A DNA stretch of 64,000 nt from an uncultured Myxococcales bacterium. GTDB lineage: Bacteria; Myxococcota_A; UBA9042. The stretch covers positions 13,314 through 77,313 of the forward strand of contig CAIXGW010000036.1 in assembly GCA_903919145.1 (NCBI GenBank). The letters run 5' to 3'. Of the stretch, positions 1 through 7,770 are shown piece by piece (position 1 is the stretch's first letter; every line of letters starts with the position of its first letter). Below the pieces are notes generated by a model. The model was not told the origin of the DNA, made no database searches, and worked only from the letters and a program-made list of their open reading frames with translations. The translations under genes were made by a program, and so were the position numbers.

Positions 1-859
1 CGGCCAGCGCCCACGCCCCCAACAGAGCCTGGCGCCGCTCTAGGGGATCCTCAATCACATTGAGCACAAAGCCCAGGTTGACCGCTTGCGCCGGCCTCTT
101 GTCGCCATCGGGCCGGAAGTGCGGATCCCAGCCGGCGGTGTCCAGCCCGGCGCTGCTCAGGGCCCGCAGGTCATCGCCGCGGCCGCAGCCGTAGTCAAAG
201 AACGTGGCCTCTTGCAGCAGGCCGTGGCGCCACAGCGCCTGCACCGGGGTCGACAGGCCGTTGCGGCTCAGGGCCGTCCGATGGCGCAGTACCGGCTCCA
301 CCGCCGCATCTTGGCGCCCCACCAGCTGGTGGCCCTGCACCGCCAAGCCGCGGGCCGCCAGCTCTTCCTGCCACTGCCACAGGTGGCCAATAATGGCCGG
401 GTCGTCAAAAAGACCATGCGCTGTAGCTTGTTGGGTAAGGGTCCCCCACTGCGCGCGCTGGGGATGGTCGGCCGGCAGCAGCAGCTCCTTTCTGTGCAGG
501 ATTGGCTGGTTGCCCCCAGCTGGCCAGCGGCGGTGCTGCACCGGGCCCGCGGGCAGGTCCACCGTCCAGGCGGCGTGGAGCCTGGGAAAGGCTTCTTCAA
601 AAAAATCAGGGTATTTCAGCAGGGTCACCCTTCCCTGGTGCCCGCCGCCCGCGGCCTGGGTGGGGAGGTCGAGCTTGCACACCTGCCAGCTCAGCGGCGG
701 TCCGCGGTGGCTGGCGGCCAGCTGCTCGGCGAGGGTGACCCAATGGTATTCCCGCTCCGGGACTGCGGTTTTGTGGTAATACACCGCCCCGGCGATGCGC
801 TTGCCCACCTCAGGCGCTGGGGCGGCGTGCGGCGAAGGGGCGGTCGGCTCAGTTGGCAT
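1..859 (-). CDS. DNA phosphorothioation-associated putative methyltransferase-like protein, N-terminal 286 codons (3' end lies beyond the left window edge)
   Basis: Absent from the supplied track because it runs off the edge. My translation of the minus strand from ATG 859-857 stays open to position 2: MPTEPTAPSPH...GKRIAGAVYYHKTAV...ILHRKELLLPADHPQRAQWGTL...VLRHRTALSRNGLSTPVQALWRHGLLQEATFFDYGCGRGDDLRALSSAGLDTAGWDPHFRP...AVNLGFVLNVIEDPLERRQALLGAWALA. The FDYGCGxGxD...GWDP...VNLGxVxNVIED block matches my memory of the TIGR04096-type family. The assignment is from memory, not a search. Confidence 0.5.
   Translation of the reverse strand, partial: MPTEPTAPSPHAAPAPEVGKRIAGAVYYHKTAVPEREYHWVTLAEQLAASHRGPPLSWQVCKLDLPTQAAGGGHQGRVTLLKYPDFFEEAFPRLHAAWTVDLPAGPVQHRRWPAGGNQPILHRKELLLPADHPQRAQWGTLTQQATAHGLFDDPAIIGHLWQWQEELAARGLAVQGHQLVGRQDAAVEPVLRHRTALSRNGLSTPVQALWRHGLLQEATFFDYGCGRGDDLRALSSAGLDTAGWDPHFRPDGDKRPAQAVNLGFVLNVIEDPLERRQALLGAWALA
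404..450 (-). repeat. element-related sequence, copy N (in frame inside the methyltransferase-like CDS)
   Basis: AGTGGGGGACCCTTACCCAACAAGCTACAGCGCATGGTCTTTTTGAC. G5ACCCT plus TTTTTGAC at +27..+34, exactly as in B. Uses CTT and TTT codons. Confidence 0.4.
587..635 (-). repeat. possible degenerate element copy P (inside the methyltransferase-like CDS)
   Basis: GGGAAGGGTGACCCTGCTGAAATACCCTGATTTTTTTGAAGAAGCCTTT. GTGACCCT as in copy I, CCTGA at +11..+15 as in D and E, and a T7 run encoding Phe-Phe with TTT TTT. Confidence 0.25.
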
Positions 860-947
860 GGGCGTGGCCTCCTGGCGGCGCTGGCGCCAGGCCCGCAGCT
901 TGCCCGGTCGGCTGCTGGCTGGCTAGACTGCCTTGGGGAGGCGGACG

Positions 948-1553
948 ATGAAGAATCAGCAGCGCTCTGGCGACTCTGGCCCGCAACAACCTGCCGTCGA
1001 TATCGGCGCTCTGTGCAGCCGCCACTTTGCCTGGCGCGACCTGCTGCACTGCGGCGAGACCTGGCAGCGGCTGGCGCAACAGGGAGGGGGACCCTCGCTC
1101 AACCTGCCTAAACAGTTGGAGACTTGGCGGGGCCTGCAGGAGTTGGCGCGGCGGCTGTTGGACCCGCTGGTCGATCGCTTTGGGCCGGTTCAGCTGACCT
1201 ATGGCTTTGCCGGGCCAGAGCTGACGCGGCACATTGGCGGCCGCATCGCGCCCAAGCTGGACCAGCACGCCGGCAGCGAACTCGACCGCAACGGGATGGC
1301 GATCTGTGCCAGGGCGGGGCAGGCGGTGGATCTGCTGGTGCCCGGCACGGCCAGCGATCAGGTGGCGACCTGGATCCGCGCAGAATTGCCGTTTGACCGG
1401 CTGTATTTCTATGGCGCCGACCGCCCCCTGCACCTCAGCTTTGGCCCGCAGCACAAGCGGCAGGTGGTGGCGATGGTCCGCGGGGCCAGCGGGCGGCTGG
1501 TGCCGCGGCTGTGCAAGCCTTGGGCCCACCTGTCTGGCGGCGATGCCAGCTGA
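948..1553 (+). CDS. putative Zn hydrolase with peptidase M15 / DD-peptidase (hedgehog-type) fold
   Basis: Track ORF 933..1553. ATG 948 preceded by GGGGAGG (935-941) is the better start. DQHAGSELD (H-x6-D) and a later GQAVDLLV strand resemble M15-type metal and active-site segments. Balanced composition, unlike the overlapping shadow frames. Confidence 0.45.
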   Translation: MKNQQRSGDSGPQQPAVDIGALCSRHFAWRDLLHCGETWQRLAQQGGGPSLNLPKQLETWRGLQELARRLLDPLVDRFGPVQLTYGFAGPELTRHIGGRIAPKLDQHAGSELDRNGMAICARAGQAVDLLVPGTASDQVATWIRAELPFDRLYFYGADRPLHLSFGPQHKRQVVAMVRGASGRLVPRLCKPWAHLSGGDAS

Positions 1554-1656
1554 TTCAATAATTGTGTGGAGTTACCCAAGGGTGGCGAAGTTGACGCCAC
1601 AGGTGGCTGGCAAGCGGTGCAGCCCGCCGCGTCCCGCTTTGCATCCCTCCAACCCA

Positions 1657-2988
1657 TCAATCCCTGACACGAACCTCGCTCCACCGCTCCGCCAGCTCTG
1701 GCCACTGGGTCGAGGCGCCGCCGCTTGCCACGTGCCGCACTGCGTCCTCTGCGCTGGCCATCGCGTGGTCCAGGTTGCAGTGCAGCCACAGCCCCTGCCG
1801 CCCCGCCGGCCACAGCCGACCCGACGCGCACGCATGCCGCAGCGCCAGCCGCCAGCGCGGCAGCCAGCCTCGGCGAAACAGCGGATACACCGCCGGCAAG
1901 AAGCGCTGGACCACCTCAGAGACCTCTGCCTCGCGGCTGAGGATTTTGGCCTGGGCCAGCTGCCGGCGCAATTCGCCCAGGTCGCCGGTAAAGTCGCGGT
2001 CCGCCGCGTGCCGACCCTGGGGAATCTCCACGCAGAGCACTCGGCCGCGCCCGTGCGGATGCCCCAGGAAATTGCCGACCTCGCTGACCCGCCCGAACCA
2101 GAACTGCGCCTCTGGCGTGTACCAGGTATCCACCGGGCCGGGCTGGCCATCGGCAACCACCAGCCACAGCAAGAACAAGCCGCGGTGATCCAGCTGGGCC
2201 GCCAGCTGCTGGTCGGGGGTCAGCGCGGCCGACAGGTGGCCGGTGTGGACCACAGCATCCGCATCCAGGTTGGCCAAATCACCATGCTGCAAGCTGAGTT
2301 GACATAGGGTCACCCTCGCACCGCTCTGCGTCGCCAGCTGGGCCAGCCCGTCCATCCACGCGCCAAAGCCGCCGCGCGGATGCAAGAACTCGCCGCGCTG
2401 GGGGCGCCACAGCAGCTGCCACGGGGCACTGCTCGATACGCGCTGCTTGGCGCAGCTCTGGCTCAGCTCGGCCGGGTCCAGGCCCCAGACTTTGTCGGCA
2501 TAGGGGCGGTAGAAGGCGCGGTAGGCCGCCTCGCCGCTGCGCGACCGGACAAATTCGCCAAAGCCTATATCGCTTTGCGGCTCTGGTGCGCGCTGGCGTT
2601 CCCAGTGGCGGCCGCTCAGGCGCGCGTGCACCAGGCTGCCCAGCAGCTCTCCGCCGCCGCGAAGGCCCAGCCCCTGGGCGAGATCGGTCAGCCGCAGCGG
2701 GTAGTTGAAGGACCTGCCGCCGACCAGCACCAGCCCGCGCCGCCGCCGCTTCTCCAGCGGAATGCGCTGCGCCAGCTCGGCCACGGCGGGCACCTGCAGG
2801 GCCGGGGCGTGCAGCCGGTGAGCACCCAGATCGCAAGGCCAGCCAGCCACTGGCTGCGGCGCCAGCAGCCCGCCGACCTGAGCCTCGGGGCCCAGCAGCT
2901 CGACCTGCCAGCCCGCCTGGGCCAGCCGCCAGCCGGCCGTCAACCCCGCCGCACCGCTGCCAACCACGATCGCCTTGCGGGTGGCCAT
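1657..2988 (-). CDS. FAD/NAD(P)-binding oxidoreductase (amine-oxidase / phytoene-desaturase-like fold)
   Basis: N-terminus MATRKAIVVGSGAAGLTAGWRLAQAGWQVELLGPEAQVGGL is a classic GxGxxG dinucleotide-binding fold. 443 aa. The start abuts the stop of the upstream gene (2989). Confidence 0.8.
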   Translation of the reverse strand: MATRKAIVVGSGAAGLTAGWRLAQAGWQVELLGPEAQVGGLLAPQPVAGWPCDLGAHRLHAPALQVPAVAELAQRIPLEKRRRRGLVLVGGRSFNYPLRLTDLAQGLGLRGGGELLGSLVHARLSGRHWERQRAPEPQSDIGFGEFVRSRSGEAAYRAFYRPYADKVWGLDPAELSQSCAKQRVSSSAPWQLLWRPQRGEFLHPRGGFGAWMDGLAQLATQSGARVTLCQLSLQHGDLANLDADAVVHTGHLSAALTPDQQLAAQLDHRGLFLLWLVVADGQPGPVDTWYTPEAQFWFGRVSEVGNFLGHPHGRGRVLCVEIPQGRHAADRDFTGDLGELRRQLAQAKILSREAEVSEVVQRFLPAVYPLFRRGWLPRWRLALRHACASGRLWPAGRQGLWLHCNLDHAMASAEDAVRHVASGGASTQWPELAERWSEVRVRD

Positions 2989-3591
2989 CTACGCCGTGGT
3001 CTTGGCGTCGGCGGTTTTGGGGCTCTGCAGCCACATCGCCAGCAGGGTCCAGCCGCTCATCAGCGTCCACGTCACGGCCATCGCCGCGCCACTGACCGGC
3101 ATCAGCCAAAAAAAGTCGGCAGTTTTCCAGATGATAACCGGAGCCAGCACATGCAGCAGGCTGCTCAGGCCCGCAAGCGCTATCACCGTGCCCGCGGCCG
3201 CCGGATGCAGCCGTGTCAGCATGAACAGGTGCGCCAGGATCAGGTAGACCACGCTGACGCTGAACAGGTGCTGGTGAAAAACATCCAGGATCCACGGGCG
3301 CTTGAGGTCTTCGGTGGGCGCCGCCAGCACCTCTGCCTTGGCAGCCGGCGGCTCGTCGCCCAGATCCAGCGCCGGACCGCCCGTGGTCGCCTTGGGCGCG
3401 CGGTTCACGTAGCGCTCTTGTACGCTCACCTGCCCGGGCTCGCTGGTAGTGCGGCTGCCAATCCGGTCGCCGTACATCAGCGCGCTCGACCACAGGCCCA
3501 GCAGAATAAACAGCAAAAACAGCGTGTAGACCAGCTTGGCCGGTACCGCCAGGGCCCCCAGGTGATAACCTTTGGAGATAAAGAGCTTCAT
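2989..3591 (-). CDS. integral membrane protein, about 4 TM segments with conserved His residues, function unknown
   Basis: 200 aa. Hydrophobic segments LVYTLFLLFILLGLW, VVYLILAHLFML, TVIALAGLSSLLHVLAPVII and AAMAVTWTLMSGWTLLAMW, plus a HQHLF/LAHLF/LLHVL His pattern. Immediately upstream of the FAD oxidoreductase gene in the same operon. Confidence 0.6.
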   Translation of the reverse strand: MKLFISKGYHLGALAVPAKLVYTLFLLFILLGLWSSALMYGDRIGSRTTSEPGQVSVQERYVNRAPKATTGGPALDLGDEPPAAKAEVLAAPTEDLKRPWILDVFHQHLFSVSVVYLILAHLFMLTRLHPAAAGTVIALAGLSSLLHVLAPVIIWKTADFFWLMPVSGAAMAVTWTLMSGWTLLAMWLQSPKTADAKTTA

Positions 3592-3597
3592 ATTCTG

Positions 3598-4359
3598 CTA
3601 CTGTGCCGCAGTCTTGGCCGCGCTGGCCCCGCCGCCGCCGCTTGGCACCAGCGCCTTGGCCAGGCCGGGCTTGAGCAGCAGCTCGTCGGCCATCGCCATC
3701 GCCCGCCGTACCCCGTTGGCCATCGACTTGGAGCTGATGGTCGCCCCGGCGATCGCCACAATGTCGGTGCCATGGCGCAGCGCATCGCCCGCGGTCTTGC
3801 CGACAAACTGGTTGCGAAAGCGCGTCTGCTGCACTTCGGCGCCGTAGGCCTCGCGATACACCATGACTTCCAAGCGCTTGAGCACGCCATCCGCGCCAAT
3901 CAGCACGCCAAAGGTGATCGGCTGGTGCTGGCCCAGCTCGTTGTCGAGGACGGCCACACCGTCGATGCGCTCGCCGGTCTTGCCGTAGTAGACGGTCCAG
4001 CTGGCGGCCACGTCATAGCCCAGCCGCTTGCGCAGGTTTTGCTGCTGCGCTGCCGTCAGGGCCAGCTTGGCAAAGGTCACGCGCTCGCTCTTGGCAAAGA
4101 AGTCCTTGAGCAGCGCAGGCTTGTCCCAGTACACATCCGCCGCCGCCGGCTTGGCCACCAGGCCCAGGCTGAGCACCAGCAGCGCCCCCAGCAGGCCCAG
4201 CAGCGCCCGACCGATCCGCGGCAAGGTCGCCAAATCGCCTTTCGCGGCGAGCAGTGGACTCAAACAGTGGGGGTGCAGCGCTGCCACGGGAACCTCGGCA
4301 ACCGGACGATAGGGAGCGTCCGACCAGCTAATGATAACGACTTTCAATTTCGTTTCCAA
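3598..4359 (-). CDS. FMN-binding domain protein (FMN_bind, RnfG/NosR-like), membrane anchored
   Basis: TM anchor ALLGLLGALLVLSLGLVA, then ...GVLIGADGVLKRLEVMVYREAYGAEV...IVAIAGATISSKSMANGVRRA. The AGATISS segment is the typical FMN-attachment region. The real start may be downstream of the annotated ATG, because the N-terminal 50 aa look non-genic. Confidence 0.65.
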   Translation of the reverse strand: METKLKVVIISWSDAPYRPVAEVPVAALHPHCLSPLLAAKGDLATLPRIGRALLGLLGALLVLSLGLVAKPAAADVYWDKPALLKDFFAKSERVTFAKLALTAAQQQNLRKRLGYDVAASWTVYYGKTGERIDGVAVLDNELGQHQPITFGVLIGADGVLKRLEVMVYREAYGAEVQQTRFRNQFVGKTAGDALRHGTDIVAIAGATISSKSMANGVRRAMAMADELLLKPGLAKALVPSGGGGASAAKTAAQ

Positions 4360-4431
4360 GGGCTGACCTGGCGTTTGTGGGCCCTGCGTGACATTGCCAT
4401 GGCAGAAGGGCGAGCCCTGTCGCTCAGCGCC

Positions 4432-5769
4432 TCAGAACAGAAACGCCACGCTGCTGACAAACTTTGGCGCAAAATCCCAAGCGCCTGAAGCCACATCGCG
4501 GCGCACGCCCCCCGCCGCGTTGGAGACCAGCTGCACCTCGTTCTTCCAGACATAGCCCTCGATCGGCCGGTAGTTCAGGCCGGCGGTCAGCTTGTCGACG
4601 TCAAACTGGTTCAGCGCCGCTTGGTTGGTGTCGGTCTGCTCGTAGCGCAGCACGGCCGTCATCACCGAGTCGGTCAGATCGGCGGGCAGCAGCTGCCACA
4701 GCCACGGGATCGTGAAGTGCAGGTTGCTCTGCAGGTACCAGCCCTGCATGTCGGTAGGGATCGGCGCGCGGCTGTTGGCGGGGCTGCCGGCAGAAAACCC
4801 TTGCACATAGCCCGGATCGATAAAGGCCCGCACGTACTCGCCTTGGAACTCCAGTCGCCCAAGCCGCGCCGTCAAGTCCGCAGACACCATCTGGATGCGC
4901 CGCTGCTGGTCGTCGTATTCGCCGCGGTAGCCAGAAAGGCCCAGCTCCAGCTTGAGGTTGGGTGCCCAGGACAGCCGGCCGACCAAGGCCTTGTCGTCAT
5001 TGTTGTCTTCGCCCTTGCTGCCCACTGCGCCCTTGGTGCCCATGCCGTCGGCGATCTTGGCATCCAGCCCGTTGATGGCATAGACCTCATAAGCCAGCGT
5101 CTGGTCGCCGAATTCAAACTTGCCCAGGGCCCCCACGCCGGTCTCAAACCACGTCGACGGCGTAATCGTGGTCAGCGGCAGCGGCCGTTCGCTGAGGTCC
5201 TGGGTCGGCGCGTCGTGGCGCAGGTTGTAGGCACCAAACGGCACCAGGATGATGCCCGCTCGCAGGGTCAGCCACTCGGTCGCTTTGAAGTCGACCACGC
5301 TGAACTCAAGAATCGCTTCGCCTGCCTGCAGTTGCCCATCGCGCTTGCTGGGGCTGCCGCCAAACTCGATCTCAAACTCGGTGCTGGTAGAGATCCGCGG
5401 GTGCATCTGGCTGTAGAAGAACAGCACGTAGCGGTGGGCGTTAAAGAAGCTGTCGCGGCCCTGCTCGTTGGTGTACTCAATCTCGCCGTAGCCGCCAATC
5501 GTGGTTTTGTTGTGCACGCTCAGCAGCTTGTCAGAGATGTTGTCCAGCAAGGAGGTGCGGCGGTACATCTCGGCGCGGGCATCGTTGTCGTTGGGCTGGC
5601 CGTGGCCCACGGTGGGAGCCATGGCCGCGCCATCGTCGTCCAGTTCCAGCTTGGGGCCAGAGGACTCCACTGTCGGAGTCACGGCGGCGGGCGAAGCCAC
5701 GGGATCGGCTGCCGCGACGGTGGGCAACAGCCATGCCAAGGGGATTGCAAGAAACAGTAGTCTAAGCAT
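4432..5769 (-). CDS. outer-membrane beta-barrel (porin-like) protein
   Basis: Signal peptide MLRLLFLAIPLAWLLPTVAAADP, alternating beta-strand pattern, aromatic girdle residues, C-terminal ...SSVAFLF ending in Phe. AGGAA RBS 6 nt before ATG 5769. Confidence 0.7.
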   Translation of the reverse strand: MLRLLFLAIPLAWLLPTVAAADPVASPAAVTPTVESSGPKLELDDDGAAMAPTVGHGQPNDNDARAEMYRRTSLLDNISDKLLSVHNKTTIGGYGEIEYTNEQGRDSFFNAHRYVLFFYSQMHPRISTSTEFEIEFGGSPSKRDGQLQAGEAILEFSVVDFKATEWLTLRAGIILVPFGAYNLRHDAPTQDLSERPLPLTTITPSTWFETGVGALGKFEFGDQTLAYEVYAINGLDAKIADGMGTKGAVGSKGEDNNDDKALVGRLSWAPNLKLELGLSGYRGEYDDQQRRIQMVSADLTARLGRLEFQGEYVRAFIDPGYVQGFSAGSPANSRAPIPTDMQGWYLQSNLHFTIPWLWQLLPADLTDSVMTAVLRYEQTDTNQAALNQFDVDKLTAGLNYRPIEGYVWKNEVQLVSNAAGGVRRDVASGAWDFAPKFVSSVAFLF

Positions 5770-5792
5770 GGTGTTTCCTCAGGGTCCCCCTC
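5747..5792 (-). repeat. element-related sequence, copy K (G-run half plus downstream half; on the porin gene start)
   Basis: GAGGGGGACCCTGAGGAAACACCATGCTTAGACTACTGTTTCTTGC. The first 12 nt are identical to B. The ATGTTATCTCC segment is replaced by GAGGAAACACC. The ATG start is at +12 as in B. AGACTA at +18..+23 is identical to B, and TTTCT lies at +27..+31. Confidence 0.5.
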
Positions 5793-5829
5793 GACACAGC
5801 GCGGGGATCGGTCGGCGTTTGGCCGCCAG

Positions 5830-6933
5830 CTAATTGCAGAGCTTGGCCACGTCGAGACCCCAAATCGCCTGAATCGCGCTCAGGATTTTGGCGGTGTCGG
5901 CCTTGGTCGGGTCATCTTGCAGCAGCGTTTGCAGCGCGGCGGCGTGCTGGGTCGTCTTTTGCTTGTCCCAGTCGGCGACGTAGGGCAGCAGCATCGCCGC
6001 AAACAGCCGGCCTTCGATGAGCTTGATCGCCGGCTTGTCGCCCTTTTGGATGCCGATCATCTCGCGCCCCAGGGAAAGGGCCAGCACTTCCAGGATCTTG
6101 CCGTCGACCTCGCTGGCCAGCGCCTGCAGATCGGGGGTCAGCTTGCTCAGCTTGTCTTCATTGCCGGTCTTGCCTTCGGCCGTTAGCGCGGCGTCCAGCT
6201 TGGCGCGGCCGCTGCGCAGCAGGTCCCAGATCTGGCTGGCATAAGTGGTGCCGCAGTTGCCATCGCGCGAGGCGACGGTGCCGGCCAGGCCAATGCCCTC
6301 GGCGCCGTCCAGGCTCATGCCGTAGTAGCCAATGCCCTCGTCGTAGCCCTTGCGGCTGCCATCCATCAAGTAATTGAATAGCGAAGCATAGAAGAACTGC
6401 TGCAAGGACTTGTCGATGATCTGCGCGTGCCAGTCGATGCTGCCGACGCTGTCGCGGGCGGCAGAGCCGGCTTTGGCCCCGGCCTCGATGGCGGCGCAGA
6501 TGGCAGCGTCGAGCTGTTTGCCGAGCCCCACTGGGTTGGCGTAGGGGTGGACGTCCTTGCGGCCCGCGACCTTGGCGCCAAGGTTGGCGGTCTCTACGTA
6601 GAGACTGGCGAATTTCTTGGGGTCGCTGGCGGCGGTGGCTGTGGGGCTCCATTTGCTGCAGGACTCGCCAAAGTGTTCGGCCTTGAAGTCCGCGCTCTTG
6701 TGCAGGGTGCTGATCGTCTGCCAGGCGCCGACGCGCAGCAGCTGGTTGGCGAGGTTGGCCTGCTGAAACGGCTGGTAACCCTTGCCGGCGCTGGTGTCGC
6801 TCTTGGCATCGCTGGCTGAGCTGTCGGTGGTGCTGGCGTCGCTGGCATCGGCGGGATGGGTGCCGTGGTCGTCGGCTTCGCAGGCGGTGGCGCAGGCGAG
6901 CAGGGAGGCGAGGATCCAAGCGGTCGTCTTCAT
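5830..6933 (-). CDS. lipoprotein of unknown function, mostly helical
   Basis: MKTTAWILASLLACATAC lipobox, acidic Ser/Asp-rich linker, then a 300-aa helical domain. I could not place it in a family; a vague imelysin/DUF4856-like impression is not supported by a clear motif. Confidence 0.6.
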   Translation of the reverse strand: MKTTAWILASLLACATACEADDHGTHPADASDASTTDSSASDAKSDTSAGKGYQPFQQANLANQLLRVGAWQTISTLHKSADFKAEHFGESCSKWSPTATAASDPKKFASLYVETANLGAKVAGRKDVHPYANPVGLGKQLDAAICAAIEAGAKAGSAARDSVGSIDWHAQIIDKSLQQFFYASLFNYLMDGSRKGYDEGIGYYGMSLDGAEGIGLAGTVASRDGNCGTTYASQIWDLLRSGRAKLDAALTAEGKTGNEDKLSKLTPDLQALASEVDGKILEVLALSLGREMIGIQKGDKPAIKLIEGRLFAAMLLPYVADWDKQKTTQHAAALQTLLQDDPTKADTAKILSAIQAIWGLDVAKLCN

Positions 6934-6987
6934 GGGGAGGCTCCGGGAATTGCCCTTTTGGCGTGTGGGTTTGTAGAGTGATGGCCG

Positions 6988-7770
6988 TCAGGGTTGGCAG
7001 ACGTGGTTGTCCTTGTTGTTGGTGACGCAGCGCTGCGGCTTGCCCTCTTTGGCCGGGCAGTCCTGGTCGCGGAAGCACTGAAAGGTGCGCGCGGCGGTGG
7101 TGCTGACCTCGCCCAGGCCGGCCTGACACACCAAGCCACCTGGCGAAATAGCCAAACAGCGCTTGCCTTTGGCGTCACAGCACTGACTGGTGGTGCACTC
7201 GCCCTGGCTGAGCACCGCGCTGCCGTCATTGTCCTTGACGCAGCACACCGCTAGGCACTGGCTGCTGCCCGGCTCCTGCGCGCAGACAATGCCGGTCTGC
7301 AGGTTGGGGTTGACGCCGACCCAGGTCACGGTGCCGTAGTAGGGGTCCACGACCTTTTGGCCCGGCTCGCCGCGGTGGGTGTCGTAGTACTCAAACACGC
7401 CGGGGCGCAGAAAAGTGTGGCGCCACCACGCGAATTCCTTGCCTTTCTCGCTTCCCATCGGCCCGCCGCGCTGCAGGCTCGGCGAGTACAGCTCGACCGG
7501 AGAGCTCAGGCTGGTCAGGTCAGTCGGCACATCGGGAGCAAAGTTGCGGAACTCCACGGTCTGGCCTACCTCGACCACCAAGCACGGCGGGTTGGCGGCC
7601 CCCATGCCGACTTCGACCATGTGGTCGGCCTTGACCTGCGCAGCGGGCGAGACCTGCGGGCCGTCGGGATGCGGTGCGCAGCCGGTCAGGGCCGCCAGCA
7701 AGCCGACGCAGCAGGTCGCCCGAACAGTCCCCAGGGCAATGTCTGATCGATGAAATCGAAGGGTTTTCAC
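6988..7770 (-). CDS. lipoprotein with cupredoxin-like N-terminal domain and Cys-rich C-terminal domain
   Basis: Lipobox LLAALTGC. VVEVGQTVEFRNFAPDVPT...GVFEYYDTH resembles a cupredoxin beta-sandwich but lacks the Cys copper ligand. The C-terminal 90 aa have about 15 Cys (CLAVCCVKDND...TSQCCDAKGKRC...). Overlaps the upstream gene by 4 nt. Confidence 0.55.
   Translation of the reverse strand: MKTLRFHRSDIALGTVRATCCVGLLAALTGCAPHPDGPQVSPAAQVKADHMVEVGMGAANPPCLVVEVGQTVEFRNFAPDVPTDLTSLSSPVELYSPSLQRGGPMGSEKGKEFAWWRHTFLRPGVFEYYDTHRGEPGQKVVDPYYGTVTWVGVNPNLQTGIVCAQEPGSSQCLAVCCVKDNDGSAVLSQGECTTSQCCDAKGKRCLAISPGGLVCQAGLGEVSTTAARTFQCFRDQDCPAKEGKPQRCVTNNKDNHVCQP

Noticed and set aside
86-1111. 341-aa plus-strand ORF overlapping the left-edge gene
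   Set aside because: The composition is Arg/Ala/Gly/Pro/Leu-dominated with no motifs. It lies antisense to a frame with a clear methyltransferase-family block. This is a typical shadow ORF of GC-rich coding DNA.
2380-4488. 702-aa plus-strand ORF
   Set aside because: It is extremely Arg/Gln/Ala/Gly-rich and low complexity. It lies antisense to three minus-strand genes with recognisable features (GxGxxG flavoprotein, TM protein, FMN-binding domain).
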